A DNA stretch of 64,000 nucleotides, taken from positions 98,396,001 to 98,460,000 of the forward strand of contig CM052816.1 of NCBI GenBank assembly GCA_028534125.1. Reading direction: 5' to 3'. Shown here in pieces: positions 24,274 to 37,853 of the stretch (the stretch's first letter is position 1; each line of letters begins with the position of its first letter). Below the pieces are notes generated by a model. That model searched no databases. It saw nothing but the letters and a program-made list of their open reading frames with translations, and was not told the origin of the DNA. A program made the translations under genes and the position numbers. The stretch comes from Lama glama (Eukaryota).

Positions 24274-26181
24274 CATTACTCCTGGATGTGTGCCCCTGGG
24301 CATAGATCCTCTGATCCAGCTCCGCACACCCCAAGGCACTGGGGTAATGTCTTAAACGTGGTGGAGCATTGGTGAGTGCGTATTTATTGCATCTGGATCT
24401 ATTCAGGAAGTGTTTATGGAGCGTGTGCAGAGATATGAGCTCTCCATCTTGGCGACAACAAGCCTCAGCTCTCACTTTTAGGGACAGTGTTCCCCGTGAC
24501 TAAGTGTCTGGCTCAAGTATTTATAACACACACATCACATGAGCCAGGGCAGGGGACCAGAGAACAGACAAAACATCTCCTTATTTTGTGATGGGATTTC
24601 TCCTTGAAGTCCAACTTTTTAAATAATACAGATCACACTAATGTTTCCATCAGTCAAGTTATTGTTAGAGAAATTAGACCGAGCCAGTCAGTTCTAGGGT
24701 TGCTGCCAGAGGTCGCCCCTCCCGTGTCACCGTCCCTTCATCACACCAATTTGTGGCCCTCCTCATTCCTCAGGAAGCCCCTGGCATGTGTGCTCAAACC
24801 CTGCAACAGGGTTCTGGGTATTAAGTGTGACGTTTTCTCTCCCAGCGTCTCAGTCCCATGGAAGTGCCACCCACCCTCTGATCCTCATCCCCCATTTGTG
24901 ACATTGCCCTATCCAGGCGTCCCTCCCAGAGGAGCAGGGTAGGACCCAGGAAAAATCAGCGACACCGAAGTAACAGCCACCTATGAGCCTTATGGAGCAG
25001 AGGGATGGCCCAGCCATGGCGCACATGGACCGCCTCAGTCCCTGGGAAGGAAAGGGAGCAACAATTCGCACGTCCCCTGAGACAATTCCTGTCTTCGCCC
25101 CTCGTCTCCGCTGGGTCCCATCCTCCCATATGAAGGTCATCTCTTCAACACTGAGATATGGAGAAAGCTGTGTTCCCATGTCATCTGCTGTGTCTTCATG
25201 ACCACCTAGGAGGTGAGCTTTCAGCTCTCAAAAGCTCGGTTAAACATTGTCAACACTCCTCTCCTGGGGAAGTAACCTGGGCGGGAATGAATACGGAACC
25301 CACCGGCCACTTTGAATTGAGAGACATCTAGCCATGACTTCACTATTACTTTAAGGAAATTAAAGGAGTGAACGGTGACAGTTGTAGAGAGACCACACTG
25401 ACAGAGTCACCAGCCTAGCCTCCTCCAGGAACAACTTACAGCTTACCCGGGACCCGGCAAAGACGAGAAAGAAACAATGCAAAAGAGACAAGAAAGGTCG
25501 GGCAGGAGAAGAGTCATTTTATAGCAGGAATGCTGAAATTAAAAATCTACATAAAGCAAAAATTAACTGCAGCTGCTTTCTCATGGCATAACTCTCCTTC
25601 CAGTGGAATAAAGTAAATTAATGGTCTCTTTGGTTTCCCCTTCCAAAACTCCGAGCGTGATCTGGAAGGAGAAATCAAAGGCTGGCTTGCTCTGCATAAT
25701 CTTAAGGAGAGAGTAGCTCTGAGTTTTCACCAGCAGCCCAGGATCAGTGAGGGGAGGGATGTGAAAATGAAGGGGAAAGGGTCCAGAGGGGCTGGGGAGA
25801 GAGTGGAGTCCAAACACACTTAAGAGACAGTGTCAGGGAAAGAAATCGCTCCTGCTGGGGGAGCCAATGCATTTTTTAAAAATGGAAATGTGGTAGCTAT
25901 AACTGTTTCCATCACAGCATTCCAATAAGTCTGTTTTCTTCCAGAATCCATCTCTACGAGCCCCAAAATGTCCATAAAACTTTCCACCTATATTAGCTTT
26001 ATGTTCAGTGCGTTAGGTCAATGATGGGAGAGGAAACTTGCCCAGTGTAGGGCAACACTGGAGACCAAGAGAAAGCAGAAGTTTCAGGAACATGAGGACA
26101 GGTGACAGAGATCACAGTCATGGTCCACAGTTGTGCTCCCCAAGAGAACAGAGAAAAGTCAACGGGAATTCTGAAGGGGAT

Positions 26182-26619
26182 GGTGTTCCCATCCTATGAC
26201 AGCTGTAACAAATTACCGCAAACTTAAACACACATTTATTATCTCACAGTGGTGGAGGTCAGAAGTCTCACCAGGCTAAAATCAAGGTATCAGCAGGGCT
26301 GTGTTCCTTCTGGAGATTCTGGGGAAGGCATCCATTCTTTGACTTTTCCAGCTCCTAGAGACACCCACATTCATTGGCTTTGGGCCACATCTGTCTGGTC
26401 TCTGTTTTTATCCTCACATCCCCTTCTCTCACTCTGATCCCCCACCTCCCTGTTGTTACTACGCTGGACCACTCCAGCAATCCAGGATCCTATCCCCATC
26501 TCAAGATCCTCAACACAATCACATCTGCGAAGTCCCTTTTGCTGTGTAATTTAGCATTTTCATGGGTTCTGGGGGTTAGAATGTGAGCGTCTTTGGTGGT
26601 TATTGTTCAATCAGCCACA
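26182..26619 (-). mobile_element. MaLR LTR (MLT1D-like)
   Basis: 'gctgtaacaaattaccgcaaactt...ggctaaaatcaaggtatcagcagggctgtgttccttctggag...atcacatctgcgaagtcccttttgc'. Confidence 0.9.
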
Positions 26620-27249
26620 GGCACCTTCCCAAAGTGTTCTAGATGGGAGAATTTGATTAAAGACGGACTTACCTGAGTTACAACAAGATGTGCAACATTA
26701 AACTGGTGATCTTGGCATTTTCAAGGATCCAAGGAGCATCTGATGTGAATGGGGGACATTTTTAAGCTCTGTGTGCCATCCCAGAGTGCACCACGCATGT
26801 CCACACCTGAGAGCACATTGCCGTCTCCTATTAATGCTTTGAGGCAGGTTTATGACTCCTGATGCAAACATGCCCACAGGAGATACATTTTAAAAACATT
26901 TTGTTATAGATGTTCTATAGAATCAAAAGGAATTTAAGAAGAGCAAGTCAATGGCTGTATCATGTATTCTTTGTCAATGTGCATGTTCTATTTTTATGTA
27001 TTCACAGTATCTTAGAGATAAGTTACACTCTACAGGTTCCACTAAAATCTTGTCCTAAATAGTTACCTGTGGGATTTCCCCCTCCTGTGTGCCAGTAACC
27101 AATCTTAGTAGCAGATAAGCGCCCCTCCATTCTCCTCCACACTCATATTTTCATTTGCAAACTTATAAACAGTCTTCTCTGTTTCCCCTTCTCTCACATA
27201 GTAGTCTTATGTGAAAATTCCACCAGATCAGTGAGGAACTTTTAAAGGA

Positions 27250-28360
27250 CCTCATACGATTCTTATAGATTTGTTTCTTTTTTGTATCTTCACTTCTTTG
27301 TTAAGACTTTGTATCTTTCCATGTGTTTTAACAATGTTCGCCATTCCTTCTTGGAGCCTTTTATCATAGTCTCTTTAAAGCCTTTGACAGATATTTCCAA
27401 CATCTGTGCCATCCTGGCATTGCTTCCTCTGGGTGCCTTTTCCCACGTAGCTGAGATTTTCTTGGTTCCTCATATGCTGAGTAATCTTGGATGGTATCCT
27501 GGGCATTTTGAATATTATAAGGCTTTTGGGTCTTATTTAAAGCTTATGAGACTGTTGATGTTTCCTGTTATGGAAAAATGAGGAAAGGGCTGTAAGTTAC
27601 ATCCAGTCTTCTGTAGGCAATGGTCTGAACATCCATTCCACTTTCAAAGTTTGTAAGCACTTGTATGATCTGAGTAACATGTGTGATGGCGCTGAGTCTA
27701 CAACCCAGGCAGAGTGTCCATCTCTTAGTTCAGTTCTTAAATTATTTTGTAAGCTACTTTAGATAAACAAGGTCCATGCTCGTGCACTTTGAGGCTAAGC
27801 TTCTGAATTGGTAAACACCTTATGGGGTTGCTTTTCCATGTTCTTCTCTCTCCACAATCTTTTCTGTTCCCTAAGCTCCCCCTTTTTGATCCTGAAAACT
27901 TAGTTTTCAGGGTTTATTTATCTTACTCTGCTGTGAACTTCCCAAAACTGTGCCCACAGTTAAGGCCAAGTGATGGGAACTCATAAAGAAGGAAAACAAA
28001 GATGCTCAGCCCGCTTTCCTAAGGGCAGAGCTCCTCTGACTGAAGAGGGAGAGTCTCTCCTCGGCAGGTTATGTGCCTCTGCCTGCTGCTGCTGCTCAGG
28101 AGACAATTTGCTGTCTCTTGAGCCTGAACTAGGGGATTTCTCCTGGAGTCTTTTGTCCACCCTGATGCCTGTGTCTGGGCTTCAGGCCATGAGATGTGGC
28201 AAACTCACCATCAGTTCGATGGAGGTCTGAACTCTGACCTTCCGCAATCCACCTGAGTTCTCGAACTGCTGATCCCAGTGATCTGTCCAGGTTTCATCGC
28301 TGAATTCACTGGGGTGAGCAGGGGGAGGAGGACCCCTCCAGCTCAGCCAGGACTAGACCC
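27250..28360 (-). mobile_element. Old LINE-1 5'-region fragment (L1MC/MD-like)
   Basis: T-rich strand. 'tctttaaagcctttgacagatatttccaacatctgtgccatc...ttcttggttcctcatatgctgagtaat' is typical of L1M 5'/ORF1 reverse complement. Confidence 0.65.
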
Positions 28361-28479
28361 CTGACTCTTGTGTTTGTCATCCCCACTCCGTACCTTGTGA
28401 TTCAGATAAGCCCCGCCCCAAGTGGAAATGAACTTGACACTTTTTTTAATTTATAATGCTTACTGTGTTTTTCACATGA

Positions 28480-28600
28480 TACTCATTATTCCGCCACTTT
28501 CACAGAGGGAGGACTTCAGACAAGGAGGCTGGAAACACACAGCTGATATGCAGAAGAAGAGGCTGCATCTCCAAATTCCAAGCCCAGCGGCTTTAGTGTC
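28480..28600 (-). mobile_element. MIR SINE relic
   Basis: 'cattattccgccactttcacagaggggaggacttcagac...cacacagct...ccaagcccagcggctt'. Confidence 0.5.
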
Positions 28601-30387
28601 ATTCTTTGAATTCCTTTTAAGTAATGCACTCAGTGAGGACACGTTCTTATGGGATCACAATCTTCCTCCTGGGACAAGAAGTCACAGGTTTTGCATAAAA
28701 CAATTTCTTTCATTAGACTTGAATTAAGATGATGATGTTGATGGTGGTGATAATGATTTAAAAGTGAACTGGGTAAAGTCCAAAAAAGTAATTGTTTGTG
28801 AAAAATATGTCTATCTATCTCCCTACAGCCTCCCTTGTCAATATACCCGTCAAGACAGAAGCATGATCACTACCAGACGCTACTTCCCAGAACGTGGTAA
28901 TTATGTATTTATTCTTTGTAGTGCCAGTACAGCTCATCCTGAGGGAACTTTATAACGAAGAAAATCAAGATTTCAGATTGGCTTTATCAAACTGTATTTC
29001 TCTAGTAAAATACACTATTTTATTTCCTTGGAGTCTGATGGATAAGAAAAAATGAAGTCTTTAATTTTTCTTTTATAGAAAAAATATTACTGAGAATGGA
29101 TGGCTAAAAGTAATTTTAAAACTTCTGAAACAGAATACCAAAATTAATGAAAACGTATTTTACATTTTTGTACGTATATCAACATCCTAAATGTCCTCTC
29201 TTCGTATTGAGGAACAGAGATTTTATATTTTTTACTGAAATTGAAAATGGAAACTCCAGTTGCTTAAAACTCTGAAAATGAAAGCTCACTCACCAGAATT
29301 CCCCTGGTGAAAACTTGCTGGAGGCATCTGCTGTCTCTGAATTTTAATAATCCCTTCTTTAAAAAGTTTTCCTTTTTATCACCCACATTGAATGTGAGCA
29401 CTTGTTTTCAAGCTCTCATTTCGCCCCCACGTAATAAGAATAATAAATAGGGCTCCTCTGTCTTTCAGCCCCGGGCTTGGAGGAGTGTGCCCCGGAAAGC
29501 CTTCCGCATCCTTTGATAAACACTCCCAGAGGCTTCCCGCATGCCTTGGCAGCTTCCATGAGTAGTCTTTGCATTTTTCCTTTCTAAAGGGATGAAACTG
29601 AAAAATGTGTTAGAGAAGGAAAGGAAACAAATGTGGCATACGATTACTTGATGGAATATCAGATTCAGTACCTGAGGGAAGAAGGCTGTAAAGGGATTCA
29701 GGAAAAATCTTTGTTTTAAATAAACCTGTGTTCTTAAAAAATAAGAAAGGAGAAATTATCCCTCCCCTTTTACCTTTATCTGTTTTGAGAAAAGCCTAAT
29801 TTGTCGCAGTGGTGTCAGTGAAGCGCAGACTGTCCCTCAGGAGGGCGAGGGGCAGTGGCCTGCCTTCCCCTCCCTGCCTCCTCTCAGTGGAACCACATCT
29901 CCTCGCCGAATCCATGCACTTGCTCCTTCTGAAAACCCCATGGTAAGAGCAAGTGTGAGGAGCTATGGAGCAGAGCTATTCCTGTAAATAAATTCTTGAT
30001 TATTGTGTCCTCCACTGTAAGTTTCTATTTCTGCTTCCTAGAGAATGCACTGTCAGGACAAAATTAAATATGCATGACAGTGGAGGTGCTCACCACCCAG
30101 CAGACGTGAATAGTTCCCAGTACGTTTGTGCCTTAATTCAAGTAAATATTTAAAAAAAAAAAAAAAAGCCTGAGTGCCAAACCACATGATCACCATAGTC
30201 ACTTCTAATTTTAACCTTTTGTGATTCAAGAAAACTCTTCCAAGTGACAACTAATACAACTTATAATATATGTATTGTATTATATTTTATTATAATTTAT
30301 ATTCTATTCTATACAATATGTATTAGGAGTGATATTTAATCTACCAGATGCCTCCGGCAAGTTTTTATGTACTATACATACCACATC

Positions 30388-30409
30388 ATTATATATATAT
30401 AATATATAT

Positions 30410-30440
<31 letters not shown>

Positions 30441-30518
30441 GTATACATATATATATATATACATATATATATATATGTGTGATATTATATATATTCACAT
30501 ATAACTTCAAATATATAC
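30388..30518. repeat. Imperfect (TA)n/(TACA)n simple repeat
   Basis: Read directly. Confidence 0.95.
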
Positions 30519-31395
30519 ATTCACTAAAGGACATCTTGTTGGCTTCTAAGTTTTTGCAGTTATGAATAAACTGGCTATAATCATTGGTATACAGGGCATT
30601 TTGTGCACATGAGTTTTCAGCTCCTTTGTTCAAATACCAAGGATCATTGCTGGATCTCATGATAAGAGTGTACTTTTGTAAGAAACCACCAAACTGTCTT
30701 CCAAAGTGGCTGCACCATTTCACTTTCCCACCAACAACGAATGAGAATTCCTATTGCTCCGCATCCTCACCAGCATTTGGCGTCACCAGTGTTTTGGATT
30801 TTGGCCATTCTAATAGGAGTGCAGTGGTATCTCATGGTTATTTTAAATTGCAATTTGTTGATGACATTAGACGATGAGCATCTTGTCGTATGATTATTGT
30901 CACCTGTACACCTTCTTTAGTGAGGTATCTGTTGCCCGTTTTTAAACAGGTTGTTCTCTTACTGTTGTTTCTAAAGAGTTCTTTGTATGTTTTGGATCAA
31001 AGTCTTTTATCAGATATGCCTTTTGTAAATATTTTCTTCCAGTCTGTAGCTTGTTTTTAATTCTACTGAAAGCTTATTAATTATTAATAATTAATAGCTT
31101 ATTAATTATTTCTTTCATGGATCATGTCTTTGGTGCTTTATCTAAAAAGTCACCTCCATACCCAAGTTCATCTGAATTTTTCATGTTATTTCTTTGCAGT
31201 TTTATAGTTTTCATTTTACATTTTGGGCTATGATCCATTTGGATTGAATCTGTGTCTAGATTTATTTTTTTTTTGCATATGGATGTCCAGTTGTTTTAGA
31301 TCTACTTGTAGAAATTACTACTTTTTCCTTCAATGTATTATCTTTTTTCCTTTGTCAGAGATAATTTGAGTACATTTATGTGGGTCTATGAGTTA
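30519..31395 (-). mobile_element. LINE-1 fragment (L1MC-like 3'UTR/ORF2 end)
   Basis: 'aaactgtcttccaaagtggctgcaccattt...catcctcaccagcatttgg...ttttggccattctaatagg'. Confidence 0.9.
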
Positions 31396-31399
31396 CTTT

Positions 31400-32620
31400 C
31401 AAAAGAGATTTTAGGAGCACTTTATACATTATGAACATTAAGTTCTTGTCAATTGTATGCGTTGTAAACCTCCTCTTCTAGAGGTTGCTTGTTTTAATTT
31501 TGTTTATGGGGACTTTTAGACAGAAGATTTCAACTTCTAGCTGTATCATCTGCTCATTATCTCTTTTAAGTCTCTGTATTATAAAAATATTATCCTATGT
31601 TTTCTTTGGACAGTCTTACCGTCTTTTTATATTATGCCGACCTACATGGCAGTTATCTTTGCATCGTGTAAAGTAGGAAGGTATTAAACTTAATTTTTCT
31701 GAAACTGATAGTTTCTTTTAAAACATACAGGGCATAATCTATATTTTCCCTGTTCTATTGCAATGAAAGTCTTACCATACATTTATCTTAAGAAGGATCA
31801 GTTCTCCCCTAATGCTTCCCGTGGATTTTGTGTTTGTACCCGCCACGTGAATTCCCCCGTCAGCTTGTCCAGTTCCCTAAATAGTATTCTGCTCTCCTGG
31901 TAGGTGTCGCGTTCATCTGTAGGTTGATTTGAGAGGGGCTGACGTGTTCACGGGCCAGCTGTGCCACCTCAGGGTCTCACTGCACCCCTCCAGTGACTCA
32001 TACTCCTTTGATGGTCTCCAAAAAGTGTTACGAATTTCACGTGCCTTTCATAGATATTTGGGGGATTATTTCTTGACTTTCATTTTGATGGAATTGGGAA
32101 CTTTAGTTATAAAATGTTCCGATTGCTCATTCCGGCACAGAGACAAGTTGCTGTTTATAGTCCCTGTAACTGGCTGCTTTACTCAGTTGGCAAAAAGCTT
32201 TCTGTTCCTCCTCCCACCTTTCCCGGACATCTAATTACACGGTTGGTAAATGTCACTGTATTTATTTATGTATTTTTATTTTGTATTTTTTTATTTATGT
32301 AGTTATTTATTTATGTATTTTTATTTTCACCACGGTGGTTAGCACATCCAGGTCAGTAGGAGCCAGAAGCATGAAAAGCAGAACTCCCTGGCGTGCAGGT
32401 GACGCTGGGGGAAGTGCCTCTCCTGTTAGGCAGGCAGGTCATTTCTCGTAGGTTCTGGCAGACAGTCTGCATCAGGTCAAACACCTTCCTTCTATTCCTG
32501 CTTTGCCAGGTCTTTTTGAAGAATTGGTGGTGAATTTTACCCCATGCATCTGCGATAATCATATGCACATAAATTTTCTATTTGAAATGCTAATGTAATT
32601 AATTCCACTAATAGATTGCC
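31400..32620 (-). mobile_element. Highly decayed LINE-1 ORF2 fragments (L1ME-like)
   Basis: T-rich segments such as 'ccttccttctattcctgctttgcc...tggtggtgaattttacccatgc' and 'ttttgatggaattggga'. Confidence 0.5.
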
Positions 32621-32627
32621 CAACCTT

Positions 32628-32780
32628 TTAACAACCTTGAAAGGTAAGTATTGTTCTACCCGCTCTCACTGATGGCCACCCTGATGCTCGGGGAGGTAAC
32701 CGACTGGCCCGTGATACAGCTGCGGAGCGGTGGAGTTGGGATCGCAGCAGGCCTGCCTGGCTCCAAAGCCCAGGATCTCT
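32628..32780 (-). mobile_element. MIR SINE relic
   Basis: 'acaaccttgaaaggtaagtattgtt...ctgatgctcggggaggtaaccgactggcccgtgatacagct...ctggctccaaagccc'. Confidence 0.7.
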
Positions 32781-33787
32781 CCTGGCCTCAACCTTGAGAT
32801 CACGGTATTGGCCAAACCAGCCCTTCAGACTGTGGGCACCTTGTGCTTTCTGAGAGTGAAGACCAGCAGGGGACATGCGGGTACGCTGTGTCCCTGGAGG
32901 GAGCCTGTGGGCTGCCCACGCAGAGGACGTCGTGCTGGGGTTCTGGGGTAGCTGTGGTGGGGGAGCCCTGGGGGGTCTTCTCAGCCCCCGTGACCATGCA
33001 CAAAATGCCTGCAGTGTCTCCTGCCCCTCAGCAATCGCCCATCAAGGGTGCTGCTCGGAGCCCAGCACCACCACGTCACATGGGAGAGCAGAGTGGGGGC
33101 AGGAGGGAGGATGGCATCCCCTTATCCGCCAAGTACGGCTGGTTTCCCTAACTCCTTCCCACTCAGGGCGAGGCAGCTGGTGTCCCCGTTTAGCTGTGGA
33201 CCTGAAACACACTTTGTCCCTAACCTCTGTTCTACTGGGTTGGATGTAGGCAATTTCCTGTGTGGAAGCCCCCAGCCCTCCCCTTGGCCCAGACCCCCTC
33301 CTCCTGGGCGGGTTCTGTCACTCACCACGGGGGGTGAGCCGCCTGGGGCTGGCCTCTCTGGATAGAGGGCGGGCCTCACCTCAGCTGGTCCCAAGTGCAG
33401 GTTTCCACTGTCCTTCTTTAGCACTGCCTCCTCCCTCCCCTCCTGGCAGACAGTGTGACAGCATCCACGTCCCACCCAGGACAGGGGCACCTGCCCCGTT
33501 CATACAAGCACGAGCAGACGGGGCAGAGCAGGGCCTCCATGTCTGCTCCGCACACGCACGTCCCCTGGCCTCCACCGCCTTGTGTCCTCAGAGCTGGTGT
33601 GACCTGTGAGCCCGTCTGCCTTCAAGGGTTTAAAACCCACACGACACAACATTTCACCTCGTCTTCAGTGGAGTTTTGCCGAAAGCAGCATTTACGTCGC
33701 TCTGCAGCCCACGACAAATAAATATGGAAACTGATAGCCACACAGACGGAAGAACCTAGGAGAAAAGCACATGTGGAAAATGGGCAC

Positions 33788-33797
33788 TCACACGCAC

Positions 33798-33832
<35 letters not shown>
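33788..33832. repeat. (CA)n microsatellite with CG interruptions
   Basis: Read directly. Confidence 0.95.
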
Positions 33833-33835
<3 letters not shown>

Positions 33836-35094
33836 GAGCAGTGAAGTACCAGGTCACTCCGAGTCAGGCACAAGGAGTGGCACTTAGGTTGCCCTCACTT
33901 GTCACATTAATTTCTGTGCCATCGAGAGGCTGCGCTGGTGGCTCTCACGTCCCGCCTGAACTTTATTTCCTGCCTCTCTATTCAGCAGCCTTTTTCCCAG
34001 CGCTGGTGTGAGTGGGCTGAGAGCCGCGACCGACACTCACTAAGACGCCGGAGGCAGCAGCACACAGCCCCCTGCCCTGCCGTGCTGGGTGTCAGGGAGA
34101 CGCAGAGGGAGCAGAGATTTATTGAAACGGTGTGATTTAATTATCTCCATGGCCTTTTGCAAAATGAGGAAGGAAGGCGTCCAAGCAGCCACCTCACTGT
34201 CTTGGGGGAATTGTTTCGTAGTTACTGTGTGTCTGGTTCTCACCTTCATCTTTTTGATGTTTGCTCTCAGGAAAATGCAATTCCTCAGGATTATGAGCCT
34301 GGGGTATGAGCTGCCGCCTCCTGGACAGTGGGCGGCTTCCTGGTCACTCTCAGGCCGTGCAGCCCCAGAGCCCAGGCTCGCCTCTGAGACACACAAGAGC
34401 TCTGATCTCTGCCATAGTAATTGTAAAGCATAGCTTCCAATTCAGGCTGAATTCCCAGATGTGAAGGAAATATTCCTCCCCAGCCAACGCTAGCCTTACT
34501 GACTAAACAATGCATTTGTCTGAGGCCAGCCTTCCCTGCTCCTGATTCTAAGTTCACATCGCTGATATTCTCAGAAGCCACTCCCAGTGCAGAGCTGGGA
34601 GCACAGATGGGGCCACCTGCCCTTGTTTTCAGCAGAGCAGCATCGTTCCTGGACCCCACCCTCAGCCCTGCAGTCACCACCGTTCCGTCTCTCCCATGCC
34701 TGCCGGGCGGAACCCCAGCCCTGCACCCGCTTCCAGGCTGCTGGGCGCTGCTGGAAATGCCCAGCATCTCCTAAAAGACTGGCCGTTGGACACAGCTGTG
34801 CAGCAATGCCCCGTTCACTGCCCTGCCCCGGGGCGGCCGGTACGCGAGGGGCGGACGGCAGGGGCAGTGAAAGGCTCAGACTCCCCAGAGCGTGGAGCCA
34901 GGGAAGCCCTCAGGTGGAGGAGAGTGACCGCGGTGGTTGGCCGCTGCCCCAACAGGGATGGTTCTGCCCCTGCCGGGGCCTCTGGGGAGCCTGCATCAGG
35001 CTTTCCGTAGAGGGCGTGGGTCCCCCTCTGAAAATGCCCTCCTCCTACGCTCCCGCCGACTCTCTGTTTCAGAGTCAGAAGCTTCCAGCTGCGC

Positions 35095-35135
35095 ACAACG
35101 TAACAACGCAACAACGTAACAAAGTAACAATGTCA
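35095..35135. repeat. Short imperfect 8-bp tandem repeat (acaacgta)~5
   Basis: acaacgta acaacgca acaacgta acaaagta acaatgtc. Confidence 0.8.
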
Positions 35136-35154
35136 CATAATGGTGGGATTCTTT

Positions 35155-35356
35155 ATTTTTAAAAAAAATTTAAATTAAAGTACAGTTGATTTACAATATT
35201 GTGTTAGTTTCTGGTGTACAGCATCATGATTCAGTTACATATATATATTCTTTTTCATATTCTTTTTCATTATAGATTATTCCAAGATATTGAATATAGT
35301 TCCCTGTGCTGTACAGTAGAACCTTGTTGTTTATCTATTTTATTTATGTATTTTTA
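35155..35356 (-). mobile_element. 5'-truncated lineage-type L1 3' end
   Basis: 'aagtacagttgatttacaatattgtgttagtttctggtgtacagca...ttgaatatagttccctgtgctgtacagtagaacc'. Possible TSD ggattcttt / ggactcttt. Confidence 0.9.
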
Positions 35357-36194
35357 AATGACAGGACTCTTTGAATCACAACAGCCAGGAGAGAAATAGT
35401 CTACGTCCGGGCGTCAGACCCCACCACAGGATACTGTGCCCCTTGTACGTGCAACACCACACACCCACGAGCAAAAACATCCCTTTTGATTTGCAGGCAC
35501 TCAGGGAGGAGAAGCACTGATGTCCCCGGCGGGGTTTGCCCCTTGCTTCTCCACACCAGTGTGTCAAGACGGAAGCTCTCCCCGTGGTGAGGAATCACCA
35601 CCCCAACATCTCAGGCAGGTCCCCTGCAGCATCTCATGAGGGTGCATGGGACCGAAGCTCAAACACTTCACCCCTTCTGCCTCCCAGGCACCCCCCACCC
35701 CCGCTCAGTGAGGGTGGCTCTCCAAAGCCACATCCTCGGAGGACTTTACGATGTGCGGCTGCACAGTTTAACGTCTCTCATCCACATTAATTTCTCTGTC
35801 CTCAATATTTTCACTTTTCTTCTTTACACCCTCATAGCATCCTTTAGACAATGACAAGCCACAGGGGACAATCAATCTCACCCATCTCTGTTTTTAGATC
35901 CTGGGGCCTTTCTCTCCCTCTTCCTTTCAAGGTGTCCCTGACTCCTGTGTGTGAAGGGAAGACCAGTGTCCCTGCCCCCTCGCCTCTGCTGCGGGAGACC
36001 GACCGCAATCCTGAGGCAGAGAAACCCGCTCACATTGGGAGGACCCCTCTTTGACTGTAGACACTGACATTAGGCCAAGTGCAGGATGTAATTTGGGAAA
36101 AAGGCATAACCATGTTTTTGTTTCATTCTGGATGTTTGCCCACTAATAAAAATGCTGGCTAAGCAAGGAGGTCGCAACCAGCTGTAAGTCAGAA

Positions 36195-36280
36195 TCTATG
36201 CGTCAGGGGATCAACCAGCCCAAGCAGCTCGTGGCTTTCTCTGTTTTTTGCTTTTTGAATAAGTGACGTCATCGCGCACT
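36195..36280. promoter_or_regulatory. CRE cluster (full TGACGTCA plus half site)
   Basis: TGACGTCA 36264-36271 and TGCGTCA 36199-36205, with CpGs retained. Motif only. Confidence 0.35.
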
Positions 36281-37853
36281 ATTTTCCTCCTTGTTGGTTT
36301 ATGGAGGAGGCACGAAGAGGAAACTCATGAAGACAAGGGAAGTCAGAGCTGGGAAAGACCCTAAGAAGTCTTTCTTTCTGTTCTCATCCCCTTGCAGAGG
36401 CTGGGGAAGGGGAAGCGGGGGTTCAGGAAACGTCTCTGTTTTGGGTCGCAGGCAACGGCAGAGAGGTTGCCCCAGGACCGGGTGCCTGGTCCCAGCCTGC
36501 AGTCCGTCTCCAGACTCAGCTGCCCTTCGGGCCACTGGCTTCGTGGGTGCCAGCTTCTACAGAGATTTCACCATTAAAAAATAAACTGTGAGACATAGGA
36601 GTACAGTGATCTTTGGAGTCTCCTTTCTGCTTAGTTTAATTCAAGTGTCATCAAATATGCAAAAGGCAAGGCCTGGTATTTTAGGAAAAAAAAACGGTAA
36701 AATTTTTAAATGATTTTTAAAGTTAGCACAGCTGATTAAAATCTTCACTGTATCCCTCATCATCTGTATGAGGAGAACTTTGAAGAGCATCCTTGATGGA
36801 CGAGAAATAATGTCCTTCTGTCTCCCTGCAAGGCCGTCTCTATGGGGTGTGGGACGGACCGTTCTACCTGCCCCTGGGGTACCTGGCAAGTCTGAGAGAC
36901 AAGGAGGGCTGTTGTATCAGGCAGGAGGTACGTGCTGGGTAGTAACATTTGGAGGTGTGAAATAAATCCTCATCTTTTGGAGTTTATTGCTTTCCGAAGA
37001 AAATCTTTATTCCTGCAATTCATGTGACTTCTTTACTAAAATCCAGCTATTAAAAACATTTTTTTCTGATAGAAAAGATTATTCTTTACATGAATCAATT
37101 ACTCTCTCTACTCAGGTCACCTTGGGCAAGAATATAATGAATAATTGTAAGATGGGAAGGTCAGAAACGCAGGGAACAAAATTCTTTCCATGGTTGAGAA
37201 TTAACTAGACTAGAATTCATGCCACTTGTGCTCTGAACGAGCACCATGGAAACACTGATGCGAAGATTCCACTTCGGCCGGCCCCGTGCTCTGAGGCCAC
37301 GGGGACTTTGGATGAATGGAAGGACATTGCTGGCTGGAAGTTACCAGCTGCTCCCCTCGGCCAGGCACCCCTGGTTGGTTTCCCTTTGTGCTCTGGGCAC
37401 TGTCTCGCCCTGCTGGTGCAGAGAAGGGGTGGAAGTGATGCCTGTAGCTCTTTGGTCGCTGACAGGCCAGGACTTGCACGTCAGAGCTCTGAGTCAACCT
37501 GGACTTCGCCCGCATCAGAGCACCGAGGGGCAAAGTCACAGCGCAGCATGCTGAGAAAATAATGGCAGTTAACATTTTTAGAAATAAAAGACAACTGCTA
37601 TTTAAGAACGTTATTAACAGCAGCTACCACAATGAATAAAGTACTACAACCGTAAACTCGTGATGAAGGCGCCCCCTTTCCTTCTGGGAGGGACCCTGCA
37701 TAGAATACCAGGGCTGCAAGGTGTCTGCAGTGAGGACCCTTGGAAACAGCCGATTCCCGGTGGTGCTCACGTAGCCTTCTCCCCACGCCTTTACTGAAGC
37801 AGACCCCACCGCTGGCACAGAGCCCCGAGAGCTGAATTCAAAGAGCGCATTTT

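Noticed and set aside
34587..35162. 191-aa ORF and overlapping ORFs in 32.7-35.1 kb
   Set aside because: Expected from stop-codon scarcity in GC-rich DNA. Pro/Arg/Gly/Ala-rich, with no domain.
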